64,000 bases of DNA from IMG/VR virus record IMGVR_UViG_3300027996_000011, positions 1-64,000 of that record; one strand, given 5' to 3'. This DNA comes from a virus. This document shows positions 9,442 through 17,750 of the stretch, piece after piece. The notes beneath the pieces were generated by a model that was not told the DNA's origin, ran no database searches, and was given only the letters and a program-made list of their open reading frames with translations. A program made the position numbers and the translations under genes. The first letter of the stretch is position 1. Each line of letters starts with the position of its first letter.

Positions 9442-10305
9442 CTAATTTACTTGTTTTAGTATTATTTTGTTCATTCCTCCTTCTGAAGTGTCGTATACTA
9501 CAAACTCAACATCAGGAAATTCTATTTGTAATACCTCTTTTATAAAGGGTATTATAGCGTTTATATTACCTAAATCATCATCACTAAATCCAACAGAAAG
9601 TTTATTATATTTTGTACTAACCATTTCAGAAGTTTTGTCTACTATTTTAGTTACATAATCTCTTAATGCTATTTTTTTATTTTCTTCCGGATTAGCCGCT
9701 GAACCCCTCTCAAGACCAAACTTATCAGTAAATTCATTTGAGGTCACTGGGTGGTACTCTTGTGAGTCTAGATAGGTCTTTAGTGTTAGTTCTGGGTTGG
9801 TCCCATCTAATTCTGGTATCTGTTGTTGTATGTTATCTACCATGTCAGATAATTCATTTTCAGTAAAAGTATAAGAAATTACTAAATCCATACCTTTTCT
9901 TAGTGTTTCGGGTTTGTGTCCCCTAGCTGTAATTATTGATATTGGATTACCGTAAATTAAAGCTTCTTTAAACTTATCAAATGAGGGAGCGTAAGAACTA
10001 TCCTTTAAAGCTTTTTCTAAATCAACAATAAAACTGTCGTCATTTATAAAGTTATTAAAAGCACCATCATCTAACTTATACTGATTATTGTCTCGTATAG
10101 TAGCAAACTCATCTGTACCAACATCAAACTTTTCCCAATTACCCCCATTATTTTTTAACATTTTTATTGTGGTGGGCATATTAATTATGTTATCATCCCA
10201 ATCAAAAGAGTATGCCCTTAAGTTAGTTGGGTCTGTTTTTTGTTCAGTTAAAACGTTATTAATCACTAATAACTGTTTTTCCGTTAATATAATATTTTTT
10301 CCCAT
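9442..10305 (-). CDS. HAD-superfamily hydrolase-like protein with N-terminal putative capsid-targeting leader
   Basis: HAD-like motifs FDWDDNI (I), IITARGH (II) and GFSDDDLGN (IV). Start moved to the ATG at 10305 because the late motif (10310-10317) lies inside the longer TTG-started ORF. Confidence 0.6.
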   Translation of the reverse strand: MGKNIILTEKQLLVINNVLTEQKTDPTNLRAYSFDWDDNIINMPTTIKMLKNNGGNWEKFDVGTDEFATIRDNNQYKLDDGAFNNFINDDSFIVDLEKALKDSSYAPSFDKFKEALIYGNPISIITARGHKPETLRKGMDLVISYTFTENELSDMVDNIQQQIPELDGTNPELTLKTYLDSQEYHPVTSNEFTDKFGLERGSAANPEENKKIALRDYVTKIVDKTSEMVSTKYNKLSVGFSDDDLGNINAIIPFIKEVLQIEFPDVEFVVYDTSEGGMNKIILKQVN

Positions 10306-10327
10306 ATAATATAAATACAAATTAATT

Positions 10328-10357
10328 TTGTTTATTCACTAATTTTATTTATCTTTG
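10328..10357 (+). promoter_or_regulatory. Bacteroidota sigmaA-type promoter
   Basis: TTG-N19-TATCTTTG is an exact TAnnTTTG (-7) plus -33 element. The ATG lies 4 nt downstream. Confidence 0.75.
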
Positions 10358-10361
10358 TATT

Positions 10362-10934
10362 ATGAAAAACATTATAAGCCTTTTATTAATTATATCTTTA
10401 GTTTCTTGTGATAAAGAACCTCCCTATATTCCTTGTACTGAAACATACCCAACAACACAAAACCCAGGAAGTTACGTTGGGGAAAACCTTATAGACGGTT
10501 GTTGGTTACTGGAGGATGGGGAAATGTATATGGAAAATTTAGAAACTAATGAATTAATTAAGTTACCCCATTTTAATAATGGTGACACTAGTAGTTTACG
10601 TTATGGGGGTAGTATATATGACTTTGAAAACTTAGTAAAGAACTATACTAGTTGGTGTTTTTACTTACCGAGTAATGTTCCTGGTATGGGTGATTTTGTG
10701 TTAAATAACGACACTTTATCACCATACGGACTTTCAGTAACTAATAATAATTTAACAGTAACAGAACCTTTGGTTGGTTCTTATTTACTACTAGGTGGGT
10801 CAGGAAGACCTATACTATACAATATATTAGACCTGGAAAATAAAATTATTGTTATCCATATACAAGAAACTTACAAAAATATAAATGGGTATAACTACAA
10901 ATACCACTCTAAACTTAAATTTAAAAAATACTAA
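10362..10934 (+). CDS. Lipoprotein
   Basis: MKNIISLLLIISLVS-C-DKE: SPII signal, lipobox Cys and charged residues after the Cys. Confidence 0.8.
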   Translation: MKNIISLLLIISLVSCDKEPPYIPCTETYPTTQNPGSYVGENLIDGCWLLEDGEMYMENLETNELIKLPHFNNGDTSSLRYGGSIYDFENLVKNYTSWCFYLPSNVPGMGDFVLNNDTLSPYGLSVTNNNLTVTEPLVGSYLLLGGSGRPILYNILDLENKIIVIHIQETYKNINGYNYKYHSKLKFKKY

Positions 10935-10935
10935 A

Positions 10936-11364
10936 ATGAAAAAATTAATACTACTACTAATACTATTACCAACACTAGCTTATTCACAAACTATAAACTT
11001 AAAAGATACAACCATGAATCTACTTGTATCTATTTCTAACTATGATGGTTATTTTATGTCCGAATATAACAAAAATGTAAAATTTAAAAGTTTTTCAAAT
11101 ACTAAAAATAAAGTCTATATAGATACTTTAAATTACAGTATTTCAGTTGAACGTAGTTCTAAAAAAAATGAAGACTATATAAAATGGGAATTATCTATAG
11201 TTAAAATTAAGTCTCTTAAGGGATATGGTTGTACGTATAACTTTATTGACCACTATAGTGGAACTGAAGGATTTTTGTATGTACAAGAATCAGGTATTAT
11301 TATTTTTGTAAATGAAAGTAATTTAGAAGAAGGTAATTACGTTGGGTTTATGGGTTTTTACTAA
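10936..11364 (+). CDS. Secreted protein (SPI signal peptide)
   Basis: Start reassigned to ATG 10936: MKKLILLLILLPTLAYS|QT, with Gln at +1 after cleavage. Confidence 0.75.
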   Translation: MKKLILLLILLPTLAYSQTINLKDTTMNLLVSISNYDGYFMSEYNKNVKFKSFSNTKNKVYIDTLNYSISVERSSKKNEDYIKWELSIVKIKSLKGYGCTYNFIDHYSGTEGFLYVQESGIIIFVNESNLEEGNYVGFMGFY

Positions 11365-11368
11365 AATA

Positions 11369-11656
11369 CTATTCTTTTGTATCCATATCCTCCTCCAAAT
11401 CTTCTATCGCTGGATGTTCCATCTCATCAACCTCATCAGTTTCCTCAACCTCATCAGTTTCCTCAACCTCATCAGTTTCCAAAAGGTCTTTATATTTTTC
11501 TGTTGGGGTGCCCATTAAACCAAAGTTTTGTCCATTACCATTGCCTATAGCTGAAGAAGCAAAACCTATATTTTCTTTTAAATCTTCTTCTTTAAGTAAA
11601 TTTAACCCCATTATTTCACGGGCTCTATTTAATTCGTTTAATATACTTTTATCCAT
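11369..11656 (-). CDS. Small acidic protein carrying the conserved NIGFASSAIG...KDLLE peptide (paralogue of 59325..59660)
   Basis: 95-aa ORF co-oriented with the sheath operon; shares a 105-bp segment with 59380-59484. Confidence 0.75.
   Translation of the reverse strand: MDKSILNELNRAREIMGLNLLKEEDLKENIGFASSAIGNGNGQNFGLMGTPTEKYKDLLETDEVEETDEVEETDEVDEMEHPAIEDLEEDMDTKE
11427..11480. repeat. 3 x 18-bp perfect tandem repeat (codes ETDEVE)
   Basis: tcaacctcatcagtttcc at 11427, 11445 and 11463. Confidence 0.95.
11476..11580 (-). repeat. 105-bp dispersed repeat, copy 1 (inverted relative to 59380-59484)
   Basis: Manual alignment gives 98/105 identity. Confidence 0.95.
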
Positions 11657-11657
11657 A

Positions 11658-12257
11658 TTAAATCTTTTTTATTGGACTAATAATTGCTTTCATTTTTTTA
11701 ATATCTTCTTGGATTAGTCTTTCTTTTTCTTCTTGTGATTCTTCTATGTTTTTTGAATCGTGTATATGGTCATAGTGCATATCATCTTCTAAATCATCTA
11801 TATGGCCTTCACTACCACCATCATGTTTTAAATCATAAAGTTCTTTATCGTCATGGCCTTCATCCTTACCATAATTCATAGCTTCATCATGACCAGAATC
11901 TTCCTTAACTTCTTTAGTTTTAGCCTCTTTAGATGCTTTTTTCATGGATTCTTTTTTATCACCATCACCATCAAGGTCTAAAAAATCAGGTTTTGCCCCT
12001 TCGTCCATTTCTTTTTTATCTTTAGATGCTTTTTTCATAGACTCTTTTTTATCACCGTCACCATCAAGGTCTAAAAAGTCAGGTTTAGCGTCTTCTTCTA
12101 AATTTATTTCTTGCCATTGTTCTTCTACAACACTTAAGACTCTTTCTAGTTGTTCCTCACTAATAATAACGTTTTGTTTTTTACCACTAGTAAAAGTTTT
12201 ACCACCGTTAGAAACCTTATTTAATGTCTCGGCTAATAATTTTTTTGTAAATTTCAT
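11658..12257 (-). CDS. Acidic protein with two DxDxDG Ca-binding-like repeats and a His/Asp-rich segment; probable head-internal protein
   Basis: AKPDFLDLDGDGDKKESMKKASK occurs twice; late motif upstream at 12271-12278. Confidence 0.7.
   Translation of the reverse strand: MKFTKKLLAETLNKVSNGGKTFTSGKKQNVIISEEQLERVLSVVEEQWQEINLEEDAKPDFLDLDGDGDKKESMKKASKDKKEMDEGAKPDFLDLDGDGDKKESMKKASKEAKTKEVKEDSGHDEAMNYGKDEGHDDKELYDLKHDGGSEGHIDDLEDDMHYDHIHDSKNIEESQEEKERLIQEDIKKMKAIISPIKKI
11928..12089. repeat. Two 69-bp imperfect direct repeats, period 93 bp
   Basis: 11928-11996 and 12021-12089 encode identical 23-aa units with synonymous differences. Confidence 0.9.
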
Positions 12258-12278
12258 ATCACTTTTTTATTATAAATA

Positions 12279-15200
12279 TTATATATCTTCAAAAGAAGCC
12301 CCTGTAGGAGTTATTAGGAATTCAACAAATATGTATTCTAAAGCTCTTGTAGGCTTAATATAGATTTTACCATTCATTTCATTTCTATCTATTTCTTCTG
12401 GGTCATTAGAAAGAACCACTCTAAAGTCTGTTAAACCTCTATCTCTTCTAATAGAATCTAGAATTGGGTTTACTAAGTCTAAGAATTGTTGTCTAACCAC
12501 ATCGTCATTCTGTTCGAATATTAATCTAACCGCGACAGCTGAAATTAATTTTCTAGTTTGTAATAACAATCTTCTTACATTAATTCTATCTAAAGCAGAT
12601 TCTCTAACTTGTAAAGTTTTATTACCCCAAATAATTGGTCCCGTATCACTAAACGTAGCGATTGGGTTAAGTCTACCCACATATAGAGTATCTCTTTCAT
12701 CCAAAGTAAGTTTCTTTCTTGCTTTCACCGCATTTACTAAACCTCTAGTGTAACCTGCCGATGCAAACCAAGGGAAAGATGTGTTGTCTGTTAAAGCTAT
12801 ATTTCTCATTACCTCTGCTGTTGGTGGTATGTATAGTTGTTTGTTATTTGCTGCGTCTCTTATTTGAACCCAAGGGTAGTATGTTGCTGTATAGTTTGAG
12901 TCTATTAAAGAATCTTCTATATTGTCTACCGCTTCATCGGGTGTTATTTGATTTGCAGAATCTGAAGTTGTTGTTACAAACATGTTGTAATCTGGTGTTG
13001 TAGTTATGTATAATGAATCAGCTCTATCTGTTTCAACCATGTCAATAGCTTCATTAACTAAACCTAAATTATCAACATAATCAATACCAGGTGTCGCAAA
13101 TACATTTATATCTACAGATTCTGGGTTATCAAATTTAGATATCCCTCTTAAGTATGCGAAATAATCGGTATTAGCTTCAGTTGTATTTAATTTTTTAAAT
13201 GACCCATCACCAGTTGCTGTTGGGAATTCTGAACTTGTACACGACCCGTTTAAGAAACCTGTTAGACCCATTCTATAGTCATCTGTATTTGACCTTGTTT
13301 TTCTATAGATGTCCCAACCATCAAACCCTCCGTGTGGTGCTATCGTAAATTTACGTGACCTTAATGATTTGTATGGTTCAGTACTTAAAGTAGGTTCGTG
13401 GTTAAATTGTCCAACACCACAATCAAATATAGATAAACCATTTAATGTTGTAGACGACCAAGTTAGGTAAGTTCCAACACCACCAACCACTACTGTAGCT
13501 CCAGAATCCATATGGAATCCTTGTGTAAGTACCTCCCACTGTGAACCGGCAACTCCAGTACAAATATTTGTTGGTGGGATATATCCTTTAAAATCAAAGA
13601 AGTCTGCGTCGTACCCAGCTCCACTACTATTTGAAACACCTAAGTAAACTTTACTAACTTTATCACCACCACTTCTTATAACGTTATTACCCGTACCAGA
13701 ACCGTAAGGTGGGTCAAAAATAGTTTCACCTGGGTTAAAATATTTTGTTTTATATATAATTTTTGGGTTTACACCACAAGTTCCGTACCTTCTGAATCTA
13801 TACCCCTCAAAACCAGCTGGTAATGAACCTACGTAAGTTCCATCCAATAAAGCTTCTGTAGGGTATAACATAGTATACTTAGACCTTAATTCAAATTCAC
13901 CTGTAGAAGTACCTATTTTTCTACCCACAAAAGATACTTTAGTTGGGTCTAGACTACATCTAGTGAATTTTTCTAACACTACTGGGTTTGCGTCGGTATC
14001 ATAAAAATCTCTAACAATAACATCAAATTCAGCTCTTTCAAATGAAAGGTTTACTATTGATATCTTATATTCTCTATTTGCGTTTGTTCCATCAGATATG
14101 GAAACAAATTTAAATAATCTAAATACATCACTACCTTGTAATTCCGAGACTATATATGGTGTCTCCGGTGTTTGCCACTCATTCATGTACCAAGCAATGG
14201 TGTTTGTATTTATTGTTTCTCTAGCAGCTGGTAAGTATTGTAGACAACATTGTAATCCTCTAACTTTACCTAACTTGTAACCTATATTCAATAGTGTTGG
14301 GTACGCCTCCTCAACAAAAACAGGTACGTCAACTTGTTTTTTATCAAAAGGACTTCTACCAAACACTCTAGGTGCGTAGTTTTGAGCTGTATTAGACATA
14401 GAAGTTTCGAAAGTGTAAATATTACCATCGTCAGTTTTTGCACTAATACCAAAAGTAGCGAATGGGTCTTCTAACACACTTTCATAACTGCCACTACAAT
14501 CGAATTCTACATTTCCACTTGTATTAGCACTTATTGCGTATATTGGACCACCAGTACCTAATGAACTTAAACCTCTAGACCTTAGAGTTAGTACATCCAT
14601 ACCATCCCATTCAGTGTTAGCTGTTACTCCTTGGTAATTTATAATGTCGAATACAGCATATCCAGATAAAACAACAATTGTACCACCAGTACTATCAAAA
14701 GTTGTACCAGTTGCTTGTGTTAAATCTAAAGTGCTATTTTGTGTGTCAGCACTCGCGTATAGTTGGTATGATACTCCACTATATGTGGTACCTGTACAAC
14801 ATGCAGTACTTCCAGTATATTCAAATAATCCATAATACCATGGGTCATTTTCATAAGAAGTTAAATCAGAACAATTTGTTCCTAATATATTACCAACACT
14901 AAATGTTGCTGCTGATACTGACGTAGATGCGTTATAGGAGAATGCCGATAAAGCAGATGTAGTAACACCAGTTGCGGTTTCAGTAAAGTATTGTGGTACA
15001 CAACCATATTGGTATATTGTACCATTTAATGTTACTGGTATACATGGAGATTGGCCGTAAGTACATCCAGCCGTATCACCTGAAGATAATAGTGGGTTAA
15101 ATGAAGTATCACTACTAAGTGTCATGGCAGCTGACGCCCAATCTATAAATGATTGATTAAATGATGAAATTGTTGAGCCGTCATTTAATGTGATTGTTTG

Positions 15201-15773
15201 TCCTGTAGCAGACCAGTCACCAAAATCAATACCGGTTAATTCTGATGGTAAAGTTGTCCAAAATGGTGATGACATTGATGCGTCACTAAACGCGTCAAGA
15301 CCAACCGTGGTACCAGAGTAGTAACTATCACCCGTAAGTGGTATATAGAAAGGTAAAACTGTGTTAGAACCCGCCGTTGTACCAGAAGTTACCGCGGAAT
15401 AAGAATGTTCAAGACCTGATGGTTCTAGTTGCCCTATTGTTTGTACTGACCAAGAAGGTCCAGCATCATAACCACTAAGACCCAATACTCTTGTTACAAA
15501 CAATTGATTAGATTGACTTAGATATGATTTTGCTATATACCCTAATTCATATTGTGGGATTTGTGAGTCCACGTATAATTTTGGTGATGTTCCACCAAAT
15601 CTTGTTACATAATCATCATAAGATGCAATGTATATTGGTTCAAAAGCTGGTCCTTTTAAAGCCTCACCAACTAAACCTAATGTTGTAACACCAACACTTT
15701 GTGCTACAAATGTTAAATCTTTCTCTGATGTGTATACACCAGGAGAAACAAATACTTTATTACCGTCTGCCAT
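12279..15773 (-). CDS. gp18: Contractile tail sheath protein, T4 gp18-like, with large Ser/Thr/Gly/Cys-rich insertion
   Basis: N-terminal FVSPGVYTSEKD; C-terminal PWFASAGYTRG, IWGNKTL, ALDRINVRRLL, IYIKPTRALEYIFVEF. Confidence 0.95.
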   Translation of the reverse strand: MADGNKVFVSPGVYTSEKDLTFVAQSVGVTTLGLVGEALKGPAFEPIYIASYDDYVTRFGGTSPKLYVDSQIPQYELGYIAKSYLSQSNQLFVTRVLGLSGYDAGPSWSVQTIGQLEPSGLEHSYSAVTSGTTAGSNTVLPFYIPLTGDSYYSGTTVGLDAFSDASMSSPFWTTLPSELTGIDFGDWSATGQTITLNDGSTISSFNQSFIDWASAAMTLSSDTSFNPLLSSGDTAGCTYGQSPCIPVTLNGTIYQYGCVPQYFTETATGVTTSALSAFSYNASTSVSAATFSVGNILGTNCSDLTSYENDPWYYGLFEYTGSTACCTGTTYSGVSYQLYASADTQNSTLDLTQATGTTFDSTGGTIVVLSGYAVFDIINYQGVTANTEWDGMDVLTLRSRGLSSLGTGGPIYAISANTSGNVEFDCSGSYESVLEDPFATFGISAKTDDGNIYTFETSMSNTAQNYAPRVFGRSPFDKKQVDVPVFVEEAYPTLLNIGYKLGKVRGLQCCLQYLPAARETINTNTIAWYMNEWQTPETPYIVSELQGSDVFRLFKFVSISDGTNANREYKISIVNLSFERAEFDVIVRDFYDTDANPVVLEKFTRCSLDPTKVSFVGRKIGTSTGEFELRSKYTMLYPTEALLDGTYVGSLPAGFEGYRFRRYGTCGVNPKIIYKTKYFNPGETIFDPPYGSGTGNNVIRSGGDKVSKVYLGVSNSSGAGYDADFFDFKGYIPPTNICTGVAGSQWEVLTQGFHMDSGATVVVGGVGTYLTWSSTTLNGLSIFDCGVGQFNHEPTLSTEPYKSLRSRKFTIAPHGGFDGWDIYRKTRSNTDDYRMGLTGFLNGSCTSSEFPTATGDGSFKKLNTTEANTDYFAYLRGISKFDNPESVDINVFATPGIDYVDNLGLVNEAIDMVETDRADSLYITTTPDYNMFVTTTSDSANQITPDEAVDNIEDSLIDSNYTATYYPWVQIRDAANNKQLYIPPTAEVMRNIALTDNTSFPWFASAGYTRGLVNAVKARKKLTLDERDTLYVGRLNPIATFSDTGPIIWGNKTLQVRESALDRINVRRLLLQTRKLISAVAVRLIFEQNDDVVRQQFLDLVNPILDSIRRDRGLTDFRVVLSNDPEEIDRNEMNGKIYIKPTRALEYIFVEFLITPTGASFEDI

Positions 15774-15872
15774 TTTATACTATTTTTTTAAAAAGTTATT
15801 TATTTTCGTTTACTATAAATACAACAGGTAAGATGAAAAGTTACGTAGTAAAAGGTCACATTTGTGTTGTTA

Positions 15873-15899
15873 TATGAAAAATTTCATACTTTTTTCATA
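15873..15899. promoter_or_regulatory. Operator-like inverted plus direct repeat
   Basis: TATGAAA-AA-TTTCATA followed by a second TTTCATA, in the divergent region between the sheath gene and an RHH-like gene. Confidence 0.4.
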
Positions 15900-15930
15900 C
15901 TATCTATTATTTATTGTAAAACCCTCACCA

Positions 15931-16098
15931 ATGTACTCACACAGTAAAAAACCAAAAATTAAGAATTTAAAGATTAATATAGAAACCCACACCATACTAA
16001 AAGAATACTGTAAAAAGAATGGTTTAAAGATGTTTGCTTTTGTAGAAAAATTAATAGAAGAAAAATGTAAACCTAAAAAAGGTATCTATATGGAATAG
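15931..16098 (+). CDS. Small ribbon-helix-helix-like DNA-binding protein
   Basis: Start reassigned to ATG 15931. KIKNLKINIETHTILKEYCKKNGLKMFAFVEKLIEE fits a beta-helix-helix pattern; TATTTATT at 15908-15915. Confidence 0.6.
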   Translation: MYSHSKKPKIKNLKINIETHTILKEYCKKNGLKMFAFVEKLIEEKCKPKKGIYME

Positions 16099-16099
16099 T

Positions 16100-17170
16100 C
16101 TAAGCGACTAATTTTTCTTGTATAATTAATTTTGATGTCCCAGCATTTGTTTTAACTATGGTGATTGTAAGTTTATCCCCCCCACTCACTAAAACCGGAG
16201 TGTCTAAAATAACCGAACCTATAGAAAAAGTAACACTATCAATATTACTTGTTCTCATTATAGTAATGTTATTATTATAAACATAATCAATAGTCCTTAC
16301 TGTAGTTTTAGCGTCAAACTCTATAACCGTCCTTACCTTGTCTGGGTTTTTTTCACCTATATTTTTTCTTTCTTTCCTCCTATTCTTTTCGTCAAAACCA
16401 TAAAGAACTAAACTTCTATTAATTGCTGGCTTAACTTCAAACTCTTCCTCATCCAACAAAAACCCCTGCAGTTGAAATTGGTAACTTTGTTGGTAGTATC
16501 TCCTTTCTTCCGTATCTATCTTACTTTCGTCCCCTATAGACTGCATTATTATTGGTATGTAATGACCCTTAACAAAGGTATAAGCTTGTCTAGATGTAAA
16601 TTTTTGTAATGTAACTTTATTAAATGTATTTAGCTCTCTCATCCTGTTACATATTATTTTAACATCGTAAGTTATGTCCACTGGTACTGGTTGAGGTATG
16701 GTATATACGTCATACCCTTTTCTATTACCGTCCCATGTAGGTACTTTAGCGTAATGAAATTGTTTTCTATTAGGTATTGTGTATTGTAAAGCTGGGTTTG
16801 TTCCATATTGTACGTCTGGATTTCTAACAACCACTATGAATGGTAAGTCCACATTTTTATCTTCCGTGGAAAATTTCCATGTCTGTGAAAATTCTGCCCA
16901 CCTCTGCAAAGTTAAAATTCTATCTACAACATTTATTTTTTTACCACCAGCTACCGCTTCCAACTGTTTTTGGACGAAGTCTAACATTCCTCTATCTAAA
17001 TCTGCGTGTAACAAGGATTTTGGTAAAAAAGTACCATCGTCACTAATTAAATCAAATAACTCTTTTCTTCTATTTGGCACTTCAATACCATCATACCCAT
17101 CTGGGTAATGTGGTTGTATAGGTTCTGGATTTATATTTAAGTGTTTTTTTATTTTTTTAGGTAATGCCAT
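16100..17170 (-). CDS. Tail completion/terminator protein (gp15-like)
   Basis: PVPVDITYDVKI...FQLQGFLLD pattern; adjacent to neck and sheath genes. Confidence 0.55.
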   Translation of the reverse strand: MALPKKIKKHLNINPEPIQPHYPDGYDGIEVPNRRKELFDLISDDGTFLPKSLLHADLDRGMLDFVQKQLEAVAGGKKINVVDRILTLQRWAEFSQTWKFSTEDKNVDLPFIVVVRNPDVQYGTNPALQYTIPNRKQFHYAKVPTWDGNRKGYDVYTIPQPVPVDITYDVKIICNRMRELNTFNKVTLQKFTSRQAYTFVKGHYIPIIMQSIGDESKIDTEERRYYQQSYQFQLQGFLLDEEEFEVKPAINRSLVLYGFDEKNRRKERKNIGEKNPDKVRTVIEFDAKTTVRTIDYVYNNNITIMRTSNIDSVTFSIGSVILDTPVLVSGGDKLTITIVKTNAGTSKLIIQEKLVA

Positions 17171-17685
17171 TATATTCCTTTAAATTCGTTTGGACTTACA
17201 TAAGAACATATAATAGTTCTATAAAAAGCCTTATACCCACCTATAGTGTGTGCATTATCTGATGTTACCCTACCATCGTTAGTTACCGTGTAATATCTCA
17301 TTTTATTTTCTGTTTCAGCGTAACCTATATAGTCTCCGTAATTAATATCTATACCCAACTCAACTAAATGTTTCATATAAACACCTAAAGTCATATTTCC
17401 CGGTTCCAAATCTTTAACTAAACCACCAGCATACGTATCCATTTTAGGTTGGTCTATTTTAACGTACGCTTTAAATTCTACTGGTGGCTTATATCTAATC
17501 TCCTCCTGACCGGCTTCACCATACACATCATCAACGTCCGATAGTTTTTGGTCCACCCTAAATAACACCAAATTAAAGTGTAAATCTCCATGTAACCATT
17601 CCATACCAATGTTCTGTTCTAACTGAAAATCTTCAGAACCAAAAAATTTAGATATCCTTGTAATAGGTATTTTTTTACTTGCCAT
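17170..17685 (-). CDS. Head closure/neck protein (gp14-like)
   Basis: DDVYGE...PVEFKAYV...INYGDYI pattern; neck context. Confidence 0.55.
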   Translation of the reverse strand: MASKKIPITRISKFFGSEDFQLEQNIGMEWLHGDLHFNLVLFRVDQKLSDVDDVYGEAGQEEIRYKPPVEFKAYVKIDQPKMDTYAGGLVKDLEPGNMTLGVYMKHLVELGIDINYGDYIGYAETENKMRYYTVTNDGRVTSDNAHTIGGYKAFYRTIICSYVSPNEFKGI

Positions 17686-17715
17686 ATTATTATACTCTTT
17701 TATTATAAATACAAT

Positions 17716-17746
17716 TTGTCTTTCTTTTCTCTTTTTATTATATTTT
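17716..17746 (+). promoter_or_regulatory. Host-type early promoter for the helicase gene
   Basis: TTG-N20-TATATTTT, with the ATG 4 nt downstream; same geometry as the 10328 and 30292 promoters. Confidence 0.5.
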
Positions 17747-17750
17747 TAAT

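Noticed and set aside
11427-11480. 18-bp repeats as a CRISPR array
   Set aside because: There are no spacers, the repeats are in-frame coding sequence, and no cas genes are present.
11476-11580. 105-bp repeat pair as DGR template/variable repeats
   Set aside because: Mismatches are not adenine-specific and are mostly synonymous; no reverse transcriptase is in the window.
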